From Blepharisma stoltei ATCC 30299 (Eukaryota > Protista > Ciliophora): a stretch of DNA of 64,000 bases. Under the pieces are notes generated by a model. That model did no database searches. It worked only from the letters and a program-made list of their open reading frames with translations, and was not told the DNA's origin. The first letter of the stretch is position 1. Each line of letters begins with the position of its first letter. The stretch lies in the NCBI GenBank assembly GCA_965603825.1, contig CBFDEM010000023.1:636636-700635 (forward strand), read 5' to 3'. This document shows positions 49,048 to 60,702 of this stretch, piece by piece. The position numbers and the translations under genes were made by a program.

Positions 49048-52000
49048 TTAGCATAAATCATAAAGGACTTCTATTAGAGTTGCCACACTCAATGCATAAG
49101 CCATATTTGAAAATTTGTTTTCTTTTCCATCACGATCAGTTAGCTCACACATGGACATTCATGAAGAATTTTCTATGAATTTCCTGTGCTCGCTGAGGCA
49201 TTTCATGACAAAGCTCGGGCTTGAAGCATTGTGAAGGAGCAGTGCTCTTAAGAAGTAGCCAGCAGGCCATACCCATTCTGGGCCATTGTGGCAGCTAAAC
49301 CCTTGCGCAATTGACCCATCATTTGAGTCATTAGAGCTGTCATAGAATGGCTTATAATGCTTATCTTCTTCATTTAGTGTCCTAATCCCAAGCTGCCCAG
49401 CATTTGGCATCAAATATTTAGAAACCTGGTTTAATGCAATAACTGCACACTCAGGGGTAAATAGCTTACTAGCAACCACCATAGCTATGCATTGATTAGG
49501 CCGCAATTGATAATCAGCATAATCTATCGAGCTTCTAAACGTGTCTTTATAAATTCCAGGAATCCCAATATACTTCCTAACTGCAATAGGAGAGCTGCCA
49601 TCTTCTGGAATATAAAAATGGGTTTCAAAATACCGCTCAATTTTTGCTTTCCATTCTATATAACTCAAATTTGTACGATCTGGCAATATAACCCCTTCAA
49701 ATGGAAATTTCCCTTCCATATGCAATTTTGAGAAAAAGTCTAAGCTGGAATAGAGGAGACCAATAATTTCTATTGCGGCGCCATCTCGAGGGGTTGCAGG
49801 AGTTCCTTTGTTCCCAGCCTTAGAGGAGCTCCCTATTTTATCCATCCAAGTGCCGCGGTTTCATTTATTTCCTCCTAAAATAAAGCCTGTGTGAGGGTCA
49901 AGGCGGATTTTTATATTGAAACCTTCAATTTTCATATTTGGGTCTATTCTGGCCCCTGCGTTTTTTTCCTTGAATTCTATCCCAGCTGCATGTGACTGAA
50001 AAATTAATTGGACAAGCTGAGCTAGCTGTATTGGTGGGGAATTAGAAAAATCGATTTCCCCATTTTTAAATCGGAGTTTGATATTTTCGTGGAGAATTTC
50101 GCAGCCTTCAGGGGACATTTTAATATAGTCTTGCAGAGCCTGCAAGAAAAATCATGTAGTGTCACGAGCGTTATAGCGGTGGTTATTATTAGGGTCTATG
50201 ATATTTGGGATTAAGCCATTCTGCATTAGGGAGGCATAAGTTAATATGATTTCTCTAGCTTCTTGCCACATACCTGTGCATAATAGCAGTCCTCTTAATG
50301 AAATAAATGCGATACGACCAGAGCATCTCATAGCACCTATTGAGTTATAAGGCAAGCCTGCACAAATGGACTCTGAAGAAATTGATCTTGGGACATTTCC
50401 TCAGAACTGTAACACGGCAAATCCTAAGATATCAGCTAAGCTGTCATCAGAAATATGAAATAGCTTGCTTTCTTTAAATAATTCTCTCAGAATATACAAC
50501 TTTATGTTTCTAAATAATAGTAGAACACTTTTGGAAAAATGTTTAGGTACGATTTCTCGTGGCAAATTCTTGATTCTATTGAAATGGTCGCATATAAATT
50601 GTTTAAATCTTTCAGGAAGTTCATAAGCCTGCAATCTTGCTACAGAATAGTCAATAAGCCAATCACCTTGCTTTAAATTATTACAAATTTCATGTCCAAG
50701 CTTATTTTCCTCTATAATTTTCAAAAATTCAGCAGCAAGCCCTCCAAGCCCTGCATAGTTAAAATCCTTATACCCAGGAACTGCATACAGGTCTCTTTTT
50801 TTGCCGGACATTTCTAGCTCTTCCTGGCTGCATCTCCAAAGTACATGATTTATCTGCTGCAAGTTTAATCCTTCAAGCATCTCCCTACAAGAATAAAAGC
50901 TTGACATACAATCATATCCCTGCTCAATAGACTCTAAACTTCCTGCATTAAATTTTGTTTTAAAAACAGCTATAAAGGCTGGTGGGATTCTAAAAAAATT
51001 CAAGACATCGATATTTAAGTTATTGTCTCTATAAACATTGCAATACTGAGCCAAATTTGTGGTAAATTCTAAATTCCCTATCAGCCCGTTTATAAGCTCA
51101 GGATGCTCTTCAAAAGGTGCTTTTTTGACTGTTAAAGTGGCTATAAAGTCAGTCCTATGTAAAATTCCAGGCAATTTGACACCGCTAACAGCTACAGGGT
51201 CAAGAGATAGATAATGAGCAGTTCTTGCAACCAATACATAGCTGTCCAGATTTGTAGGGTTTTGTCTGACGACAATAATTACGTCTTCTGCACAGCTATT
51301 CACAAAAATTTCGCTATACCCAGCTTCTACTAAATGTGTGTGCAAGAAATTAAGGTACTTTTTTGCGGGGTACAAATTTTCTGAGTTTCCAGGACCTTTT
51401 GCTCTAGAATTTACTGATAAAAGGTTATTAATAAACTCTCCAGTGCCTGTATACCTATATTTAGGGTCATATTTTCATACTCCATCCGCCACATATTTAT
51501 AATTAAACTCTCTTCCTGTATAAGACTTAGGAAACAGCAAAATTATTCCTCATCGATTATCTCCGACCCTTTCTAAATATGTATGCTCAGCCCAGCTGTC
51601 TCATTCGCCTTTTATATAGACTTCTCTGGCAGGCTCTTCTGCATGGTATTCTACTCAGACTTTTACGAGCTCAGGAAAATCTTCATCAAAAACTTTAATT
51701 TCAGTCACTTTACGCTCTGTGCTTGTAGGAAGTTTATAGAGCCTTCTTTCGAAATTTGTTGAAAGCTGACAGGGGACGAGTTCGTCATATCCGCGTGTAG
51801 AAGAAATTGCGCAGTTGCACATGGCTACAAGTGCAGCGTTTGGTAATGCGTCTTGAGCAGTCCGCGTTTGTGCTGGAGCTTCAATTTTGTGGGAGCAATC
51901 GTAGAATATTATAGGAATTGGCGTTGCAGATAGCTTAATGTCTCCTGGCTCAGGATTTATTCCAAGTAAGCTGCTGCTGTTTAAATCAGACTTTTCAAGA

Positions 52001-53796
52001 CTCCCTAAGGCTGAGATTTCGCCATTTCCGTATTCATAAATCATTTTTCCAAGGCTTTTGGTGCTATTTGCCACCATAGCTTCACGGACAATGCAATTAA
52101 TGCCTATTCGTTTGGCAAATAAAGCCTCTTTATTCTGGTCACTCGAATGAAGCTCTGCTATTACAAAAAGGTTAGGATTTGCCATCCGAGCCTTTGCAAT
52201 AAAATATTCAGACACGTGCAGAGGCGTTGAATGGACATTGTCAAGGTAAATTCCTTTGAAAATTTTAGCGACACTTGTGACATATTTTTCCATTCTTTCC
52301 CAGAGTTCAGGACAATCGTTTCTATTCCTTCCATATCTCAATTTAACACAGTCAGTTCATATTACAACGTTTCTTCTAAAGTAGTGCCATCCTTCTATGC
52401 CAGCATAATCTTTTAATATTTCATTATTACCTATAATAAATCCATCAAACAATACATAATTCCCATTTCTGAGATGACAGAAATAAGGCTTAACTAATGG
52501 GTTTTCAGACGTGATTTCTACGTTATTTTTTTCAATTTTCTGGTACCTTATTTCACTTTCAAGATTACTTATGATTTCTGCGAGGTGCCTTTCATATCTC
52601 CCTAATAAATATATGTTTGCCCCATTTATCAATTTTCTTGCTTCGGGAAAGGCTAAATTTCGAGTCGTTTTGAGGCTGTTAAGTACTTTTCATATAACCT
52701 GGCCGTTGATTTTAGCAGAAAACCTTCCTTCACCTTCTCCAGTGACAGCATATTTTCTTAGAAAATAATCTGCCCCTTTTGACTGTAACTCTTCAGCTAA
52801 GCCCGCATCCAAAATTTCAGCTGTTTCACAAATCGAAAAGTCTTGGTAAGCTTTTTCAACACTTATCTGGAAAAACTCTTGAAGCCTCAGCGAAGGAAGC
52901 AGCTCTGTCTTCAGAATTCTCATGATGTTACTTAAGTCCCTATCATTTTCAATTCTATTTTTATTTCCATAGCTTTTCACCCTTCGTTTCCACAATGATA
53001 TAGAAAATTCTTTTAACGCTTTATCAAGCTCATAAGCAGCAGCTAAGTAGGGAGAGTTTATTAAATTATAAGTAGCATTTGGGTATTCTTCTAAAAAATC
53101 ACTGCCTTCTGCCACATGGCTAAGAACTATATCTTGAATGCACCCAATACCTTCTCCCTCTAGCTGTGCTAAAATATTCTGCAATGCATAAATTTTTGAT
53201 TCTTCCTATTTATTTTTTACGCTTTCAGGTCCTGGAAATAGCTCGGGATTTAGCTTATTAGGGTCATTAATGCTATATAAGTTTTGCGATTGGCCTAATT
53301 CTTGAATTGGGGTAAGGTGAAATAAATTGTATCCAATTCCTCTTTGGTGCTGAAATACTTCAACCCATCTGCTTACAGGGCCAAGAGAGAGGCATAAAAC
53401 AGTCTGCATGCAGATTCCATTAAAAGGAAGCAATTTCCCTCCGATTCTTAGCTCTGGGCTGACTATAAGATTATTTACTGATCCTTTTATTTGATCTTCA
53501 GAATTTGTGTGGGTGTATTCAATAAAAATATTATAGTTTCCTGGAGTAGAGAATGTGACCTCGCAAATTCAATGGCCTAGAGGACTGAGAGAGCCTTGAA
53601 ATCTTTGCATTTCTGGGTCTAAGCCTTGGCTTATGTCAAGCACAAGAGCGGTGTTTTCTGTGTTTATGGCTGATCCTGCTTCTATTTGGAAGCTCACAGT
53701 TGTCCCTAGTTCTATTTGATAAATAAAATTCAATTTTTGAGGCTTGGGAAAGCTCCCATCATACCCATCAAGTCTGCAAATCACTCTTTTAACCAT
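49048..53796 (-). CDS. AGL: Glycogen debranching enzyme-like protein (AGL/GDB1, 1577 aa) with inserted CBM and degenerate active-site motifs; one 15-nt intron
   Basis: Nine track ORFs lie in one frame, joined by 11 TGA and intron 53206-53220; GYNLFHLTPIQELG, LDNVHSTP, STRGYDELVP, GLIPN, TWMDKIG, PATPRDGAAIEI, DYQLRPN, HNGPEWVWP. Confidence 0.9.
53206..53220 (-). other. 15-nt spliceosomal intron
   Basis: GTAAAAAATAAATAG; in-frame TAG. Confidence 0.88.
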
Positions 53797-54239
53797 ATTA
53801 TTTGGAACAATAAAAAGACATTAATTAAAACGGATTTTTTTCATCTTCGCTATTTTATTTAATATCTTGAAGAAAATAAAAAAATAATTTTTTTCTTCTT
53901 AATCCTTAAGGAAATAAATTCTAACCTTTCTTTCTTATTTAAGGAAACTTTATTTGTAATTTTAATATTAAAGCCTTAGCTAAAATTCAATCAATACTAA
54001 AAACAATATATTTTAGGAATTATTAAATCACTTATACTTAATCTCTTAATCTGTATATGATTCCTTAAAAGTTTTCACGGAGATCTAATTCTATAAAATT
54101 TTAAAAAATCTTATATTAAACATATTCAAAAAATGACGATTAGAAATTATTAAGAATTTTACCCAACAATCCTTTTTGAAGATAATTGCCTCTATTAAAT
54201 TATGTGTCAATAGAGTAAAATTCCCATAATAATCTTAAA

Positions 54240-54719
54240 ATGGAAATCAATACTTCAGAGCTTGATTTATACGATTTCACAACCTGCCCCTTTAACGAAA
54301 ATCACCGTCTGCAATCACCAGATCAGTTTAAATACCACATTTCTCGCTGCAAAGACCGAAATTTCACTCACATTAAACATCAAATTGTTTACTGCCCTTT
54401 CAACATTTGTCACGTTTACATATCCCAAGCTAAATTGAACTATCATGTTCCCAGATGTACTTCTCACCCTTTGAGAGAAACAATAAGCTCTAGTACGTTC
54501 GGAGAAAAGCCAAAATCTCTTGAATACACAGCTTGCAAGTACAATTCAAACCATCAGATTCTCAAAGCCGATAGTGAAGCCTATCACATTCACATATGAA
54601 GCTGCCCAAGCGCTAATAATCCTCATAAAAGTCCACCTCCAATAGTGCTTGACTTGACACTAACAGGAATTGAAAATAATTCTCACGGACTTATTCCGGT
54701 ATTAAGGTCATTTAATTAA
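54240..54719 (+). CDS. GTSF1/U11-48K-like protein with three CHHC zinc fingers (159 aa)
   Basis: CPFNENH...YHISRC, CPFNICH...YHVPRC, CKYNSNH...HIW(TGA)SC; stop TAA 54717-54719. Confidence 0.8.
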
Positions 54720-55922
54720 TATTCTAAGTTTTTGTGCATATTTATTAGATTTCGATCACAATAGAAATGTTTGGCAATTAGAAAATTAACCTTTATCATA
54801 AAAATTTATAGACCGCAGTAAAAAAGAATTATAAAAACGATAGCTAAGCCCTGAAAAACTAAAAAATCGATCACTATTTGAAAGTCTAATTAAAAATTAC
54901 AAAATTGAAAATTGTTTCTTTATAAAATAAAGGTAAATTCTGCTTGTTTTTCAAAAATTTCCTAATAAACCTCCAAATATAACAAAAATTAAATCAATAA
55001 TTTATTTTTAAAACTAATTCCTTGTTTTTTGTTTCCATAGTAGAACTAAATTTTCTATCATCACAAATAAAGTAAAATTCAATAAAAGCTGCAAGTAAAG
55101 TTAAACGAACTAGAGTAGAAAAACTGCTTTACCCAGTAACTTAAAGTTCGATTTTCAACACATCGAATTCTGTATTTTTGATTATCAAAAATAAAAAAAT
55201 TAGTTTGGAATTTTTTCTGATGAATAAATAGTCTAATAATAGAAGAGTTCATTCTTAGTGATTCTTATGTATTAATATAGTGGAGATGGTCATCCGACCT
55301 CTTAGCGCATATCCCTCAACACCTGCAGGCAATTCCAAAAAGAAGGAGGAGGAACCACCGAAAAATAGCTTTGGATACTTAGTATATTTAGGCAGAGGTT
55401 TTTTCTTATGCCAAAGGGCATGATACCTGGGTGGGATTTTCCTCTGGCATGGAAATGGAAAGAGCACAGACGCCCCAGGAGCAAGTCAGGCACAATGTAG
55501 CCAAGGAGAAGCAATTAGCGTTAGCTGAGAGCCCGTTATAATAAGTGATGAGCTCATAGAGGTAAATTCTCTCAGGAATGCATCGATTTAATTAATCTTA
55601 GTGGAACTTATAAAAATTTCTAGATTTGAATAATCAAAACAATTGAGATCAATTTGTATTGGTGATGATTTAAATTCCAGACATATTTAGAACATAATTA
55701 CTGGGCAAGATAACTAATTAAATAGATAACAAATGGATAAATAACCGCAAAGTATTCTATTTTTCAAAGTTACTCAAATTTTCGCGAGATTAGAACATCC
55801 TATTGAAATTTCCTTTATAAAAATAAAATTTTCTTTTATCATTGCGCCATTGTTTATGTTAATCGACTTGAGCCATTATCTGGTTTATGCTCTCAAATGG
55901 CCAATATAATTAAAAGTCGGTA

Positions 55923-56987
55923 ATGGTCAAGATCAGATGAAAAAATAACTTCCACGATAGCGACTCAGATTCAAATCTCTGCTATCGATCCAAAACGATT
56001 CCAAAAAAATCAAAATCCGTGTCATCAGGCTCTAAAAATATCACAGACCGTGATTTGATTGATTCAACTTACCACACTATTGCTGGGGATATACAAAACG
56101 GAAAAGCACTGATTGAGAAGCTTGAGCACTCTTCATGACAGCACCTTGATGGTCCCCACCCATCAGGCTCCTATCAAAAATGCCCGATTTGTCTTGACAC
56201 ATACGATTCTGTTGAAAAAATGCCCATTTGCCTGCCATGTGGCCACACATTCTGCCGAATTTGCGTGAGTAAAATCAAAGTGAGTATAGGCATGAGCCAA
56301 TGTCCGTATGACAGAAAAGAATTCAACTCTTTTATGGAATTTCTGCCCATAAACTGAGCACTAATCCAAGAAAAAGAACGCTGCCCTGAGCATGGCCTGT
56401 ATATAATTGGCTTTTGTCAAGAACACATAAAACTCCTATGCGGGAAATGTCTTTTTGAGCACAAGGAGCACTCATGTATGGACCTGGAGTCCGAGCAGGT
56501 TTCTAATCTGGTGTCTCAAAAAATGGATCAAATCAGCAAAATTGAGGTGAAATTGGAAGAGCAGATCAATGTCTGGACAAGTGCTTATGAAATGATTAAC
56601 CAATATGTTCATCATATAGACGAAGCTTTGATGAGCAATTCTATTGAGCTCGCTGAAAGAGAACTGATAGAAATGATTCAAAAGAACGCTGAGGAATTCA
56701 GGAGGAAAACGGCAGAGTTTCAGCAGTTTGTTAGTGTAGAGCTGAGAGAGTCAATGAATAATATAGTTGGAGGGCTCCAAAAGCATTTAAATGTTGTGAA
56801 AGAGGTGAAGAGGAAATTTGAAAACATGGACACAGGGGAGAAATTAATGATGAATTTAGAATATAATTTACCGTTTGGTGAAGAGCCAAAATCTGTGAAG
56901 AGGCTTAAGAAATTGTGCAAGATGATAGATAAGCCAGCTTATCTTGAGAGGTGACTCATGTATGGAATATCGTCAGCTGATGAATAA
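55923..56987 (+). CDS. RING + B-box + coiled-coil (TRIM-like) E3 ligase (354 aa)
   Basis: CPICLD...PICLPCGHTFCRIC...CPYDR RING; CPEH....FC..H..LLCGKC..EHKEH B-box; four TGA read as Trp; stop TAA 56985-56987. Confidence 0.82.
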
Positions 56988-57311
56988 ATTATTGGATATA
57001 TTAAGCGATTTAGATATTTAAAGTAGGATTAAAATAAAGTTTTAATTAATCCTTCTTATCAAATATATAAATTGCTTATATTATGTTTTGTCTCTGAAGA
57101 AGCAAAATTGGATACGAAATTTTATATTGATCAAATTTTACCTTGTAAAGGCAAATAAATAATAGCAGGGCATTATATAGCTATTAATTTGAATTTTCTT
57201 TTGTAGAAGTATTTAAAAAAAGCTCGAGAAATAAATTAATTATTTTGCCTTAACGATATGAATTAAATAAATGCTCATCTTTATTGTAAAATTCAAATTG
57301 TAAAGATAAAT

Positions 57312-57569
57312 ATGGGAAACTGCATTGATAGAAAAGAAGCATCAACAACCACTGTCAATTGTGAAAACTTAAGGCGTGCATTAAATTTAAGTCATTCCAG
57401 AAAAAAAAATAAATATCAAGCTGACTTAAGAAGACTAAGCTATGATTTAAGGGGCAATACAAAAGAAGAAATGCTCAAAACAATTGTTCTTAATCAGCAG
57501 ATATTTAATGCTAGACTCAACAGCAATAAGCAATCTCTCACAAGAACAAGTACATTAGAGGAGTCTTAG
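57312..57569 (+). CDS. Small MGNC-type (putatively acylated) hypothetical protein (85 aa)
   Basis: MGNC N-terminus; complete ORF ending in TAG. Confidence 0.6.
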   Translation: MGNCIDRKEASTTTVNCENLRRALNLSHSRKKNKYQADLRRLSYDLRGNTKEEMLKTIVLNQQIFNARLNSNKQSLTRTSTLEES

Positions 57570-57894
57570 AGCACTTAATTTTGAAATATTATTATAAATA
57601 AAAATTTGCTAACCACATAAACCATTTAAAAAATTTAAATGGTTTATTCTCCTTATTATATCAGATCAGACAGCAAATGTAATTAATGCAAAATTTATTG
57701 GAAAATTATGAGGAGATTAAACAGTGAAGTTTAAGGGGTATATACGGCGTTAATCACAATTAGGCGATTTTACAAAATTTCTTTATGAAATTAAGTTAAT
57801 TTTAATAAATAATAGCAAGATTTATAAATTATGTGATATAGAGTGCTTTGAAGTAAAATAAATATTATCATTTCAAGAAATAATCTTATTTAAA

Positions 57895-59163
57895 ATGGAC
57901 ACAATCCCAAGCGATCAAGAAGAGCACGAACAAGAACTATTCAGAGAAGGGTGCTGCCCTTACTGCAACGAAGAACTTGGCTCTATTCATTTGCACATCC
58001 ACCTGAACTCCTGTGATGTCTACAATGAAATCGTTGACCGGACTGAAAATATTGATATCAACTCAAGATGAGCTTCATTACGAAATTCGATATCTCAAGC
58101 AAATCCAAATGAAATTTTCGACTCAGACGAAGACATTCACATTTCAAGCTCTTCAGACTCAGTTTCTGTCTCAGAATATGAAAACCTTGGATATTCGTTT
58201 CCTTTTCCCTTTGATTCAAGACTTGATACCCCTCAATTCGGGTACACTTTTATGAAGCACTCAAAAATTCCTTCATATCCTTGTGTGTACCCTCTCAGAC
58301 CTCAGTCAAAGCATAATCGCCAATTTATAGGCTGCCCAGTTTGTTTCAATGAATATAACGTAATATCGCATTTCCCATTAGTTCTTCCAGCTTGTGGGCA
58401 TACAGCTTGCAAGGTTTGCCTTGAAAAAATTGCAGAAGAGAGGTCAGTGATCAAGTGTCCAGTCTGCCGCTCAATGAATTTTAAAGAAGTTTATAGCTTG
58501 CCTGTTAACTATGCATTACTTGATGTGTCTGAGCATAAAGAGCACAAAGAATTGTGTAGCAAGCATAACTCAGAGATCATAGCCTACTGCAAAGATGATG
58601 ACGTTTTGCTCTGTGGAGCTTGCGTTTTCGATCACAAAGCCCATGACTCTTTCTTGCTCAGCGACTCAAGAGCTACAGAAGTTGCCAAAAATAGAATGGA
58701 AAATATCGACTCGCAAGAAAAAGAAATAAATAAAGTCAAAAGGATATGGCAGACTGCAGCAAAAGAAATGAAAACTTACACAGACGAAATTAATATTGCT
58801 ATGGAAATTCATACCGGTGAATTGAAAAAACATGCAAAAATTATGATTAAAAAAATAAAAGAAAATACAGCTCAATGCATAAATCAGCTTGGAAATTTTT
58901 TGCAAAAAGAAAACATAGAAAAAGTCAAGAAAAAAATCAATGAAAAAATAAAAATTGTAAATAATGAGTTGAAGCTGCTTGATGATAAAAAATCAAAGTA
59001 CGAAGAGCTGAGCATTATTGAGAAACTGAAAAAACCTTCGATTGAGGCACTGGAAGATAAAGAGCCTCCAAATATTGATAATTTCAAGGCAATTGTAGCA
59101 AAGTTGAGGTTAGAGATTAATTATGAAGATGCTATTATGAACATGAACTTCCCTTTAAAATAA
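57895..59163 (+). CDS. N-terminal C2HC zinc finger + RING + B-box + coiled-coil protein (422 aa)
   Basis: ATG 57895 is in frame with the track ORF via one TGA; CPYC...HLNSC; CPVCFN...LPACGHTACKVC...CPVCR; CSKH....YC..D..LLCGAC..DHKAH. Confidence 0.82.
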
Positions 59164-59208
59164 ATCATCAATATGTATATTTTTGCAAATAACTTATATT
59201 TAAATTAG

Positions 59209-60702
59209 CTAAAATATAGAGCATTTCGAGCACTGGCAGCTTGATACTACTTTTCTTTCCACCATTAATTGTGGCAGGTCTCTCTTAATTGGCCTGTTCA
59301 TAATTTCAAATTCTTGGTTCATATATGCAAACCCTCGGTCCCCCAACTCAGTGATTTCTGACTTATAAAATGTATTATCATGAGTTTCAAGCGACATTTT
59401 TATATCATTCAAATTAAAATGCTTTTTAATGTCTTGGATTGTATAAGCCCCTTCTCTTGGAGAATTCAATCTGGTCAAGCTATCATTAAACCTGGTTTTG
59501 CCACTGTCAAAATGGTTTGATACTGAGCTATCATTTAAGCTATCATGCTGAGACTCGCTATACTCCAAATAAGAATCTCTTACAAACTCAGGGACTGATC
59601 CCATACTTACAGATCCTGGAGTTTGATGGGGCTTTGATAGAGTTTCTAGACCAGAAAAATTAGTTGTGATAGTCCCGCTTAGCCTAAACGATAAATTGCT
59701 TTGCTCTTCAGAAGCCGAATATTCAAGTTCAAAAGGATCAATTCTGAGCTCATCGATTTCGTCACTTTTGAAGTCATAGCTGTTACTTCTTTGGGTTCTA
59801 GAAGTCATTGATGATATCTGAACGCTTTCTCGGTTTGTTATCGCGATGCTTGACTCTTCGTTTATTAAATCTGTGTTTAATTGAGGGATGAAGGGCTTGC
59901 TTTTGATTTCATGAAAATATTTTATTTCTTTTGATTTATTGTTTATTGTATTGGTGATTTCTTTAATAGGCAATTGTGATGATTTTAGAGAAGCTCTTTC
60001 TCGCCTTGCGAAAGCGGGGATGATGTCTTCATCAGTATTTGGAGATAATGATAAATTTGAGTGATCTAATTCAGAATCTTTTGAGTGGAAAGCAAGTTCT
60101 CTTGCTTCTTGAATCAGGAATAATAGTCTTTTTGCAGGAATCTTGGATATGCTGTAGACAAAATTAATAAGTTCTTCAATAACTATTTGGGGATTTTTCT
60201 TAATTATCAGCTGATCAATTGATGACTTTGGATCTTTTAAGTAGTTTCTTGCAGTTGTGACAAAGTTACAAGCAAATTCTGAGGAATTTTCTAGAGAAAT
60301 TTCTTTAAATTTTATACTGTTGAAATTTTCCAAGAGATTTATAATATTTGCCTTTTCTTCATCTATCCTTTTCTCGTTTGAAATTAATGTTACCTTTTTA
60401 TTTCCCTCACTTATTTCAATATGAATCAAGATTCATTCTTTAAGCACCAAAATTTGATTTACGCTTAAATCATCAATTTCCTTGGGAATTTCTTCTGAAA
60501 ATTGAAAGTGATTTTGCTTTATATGCCTAGATATAGATTACTTAATATAGAGCGAAACAACTTTGAAATCAATTTCTTTAGTATATTCAAGCTTTATTAG
60601 GTCTGAAATGAAGATTTTATCAAAAATTTGTGTGTTTAGGCTTGAATTAAGAATAACTTGTTCGTTGAAGTCAATTTTTGAATTTTGATTTTCTTTATTC
60701 AT
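59209..60702 (-). CDS. Hypothetical protein with C-terminal CaaX-like motif (~492 aa); one 15-nt intron
   Basis: ATG 60702, intron 60527-60541, one TGA at about 60433; ends CQCSKCSIF. Confidence 0.68.
60527..60541 (-). other. 15-nt spliceosomal intron
   Basis: GTAATCTATATCTAG; in-frame TAA; joins two in-frame ORFs. Confidence 0.8.

Noticed and set aside
49048-53796. Fragmented ORFs suggesting pseudogenes (debranching enzyme, kinases, SET gene, Orn)
   Set aside because: All fragments share one frame and are broken only by TGA (Trp) or 15-16 nt introns.
12549-58905. Numerous short antisense or alternate-frame ORFs in the track (e.g. 12549-12776, 20804-21067, 36236-36592, 48030-48317)
   Set aside because: They are shadows of well-supported genes and carry no motifs of their own.
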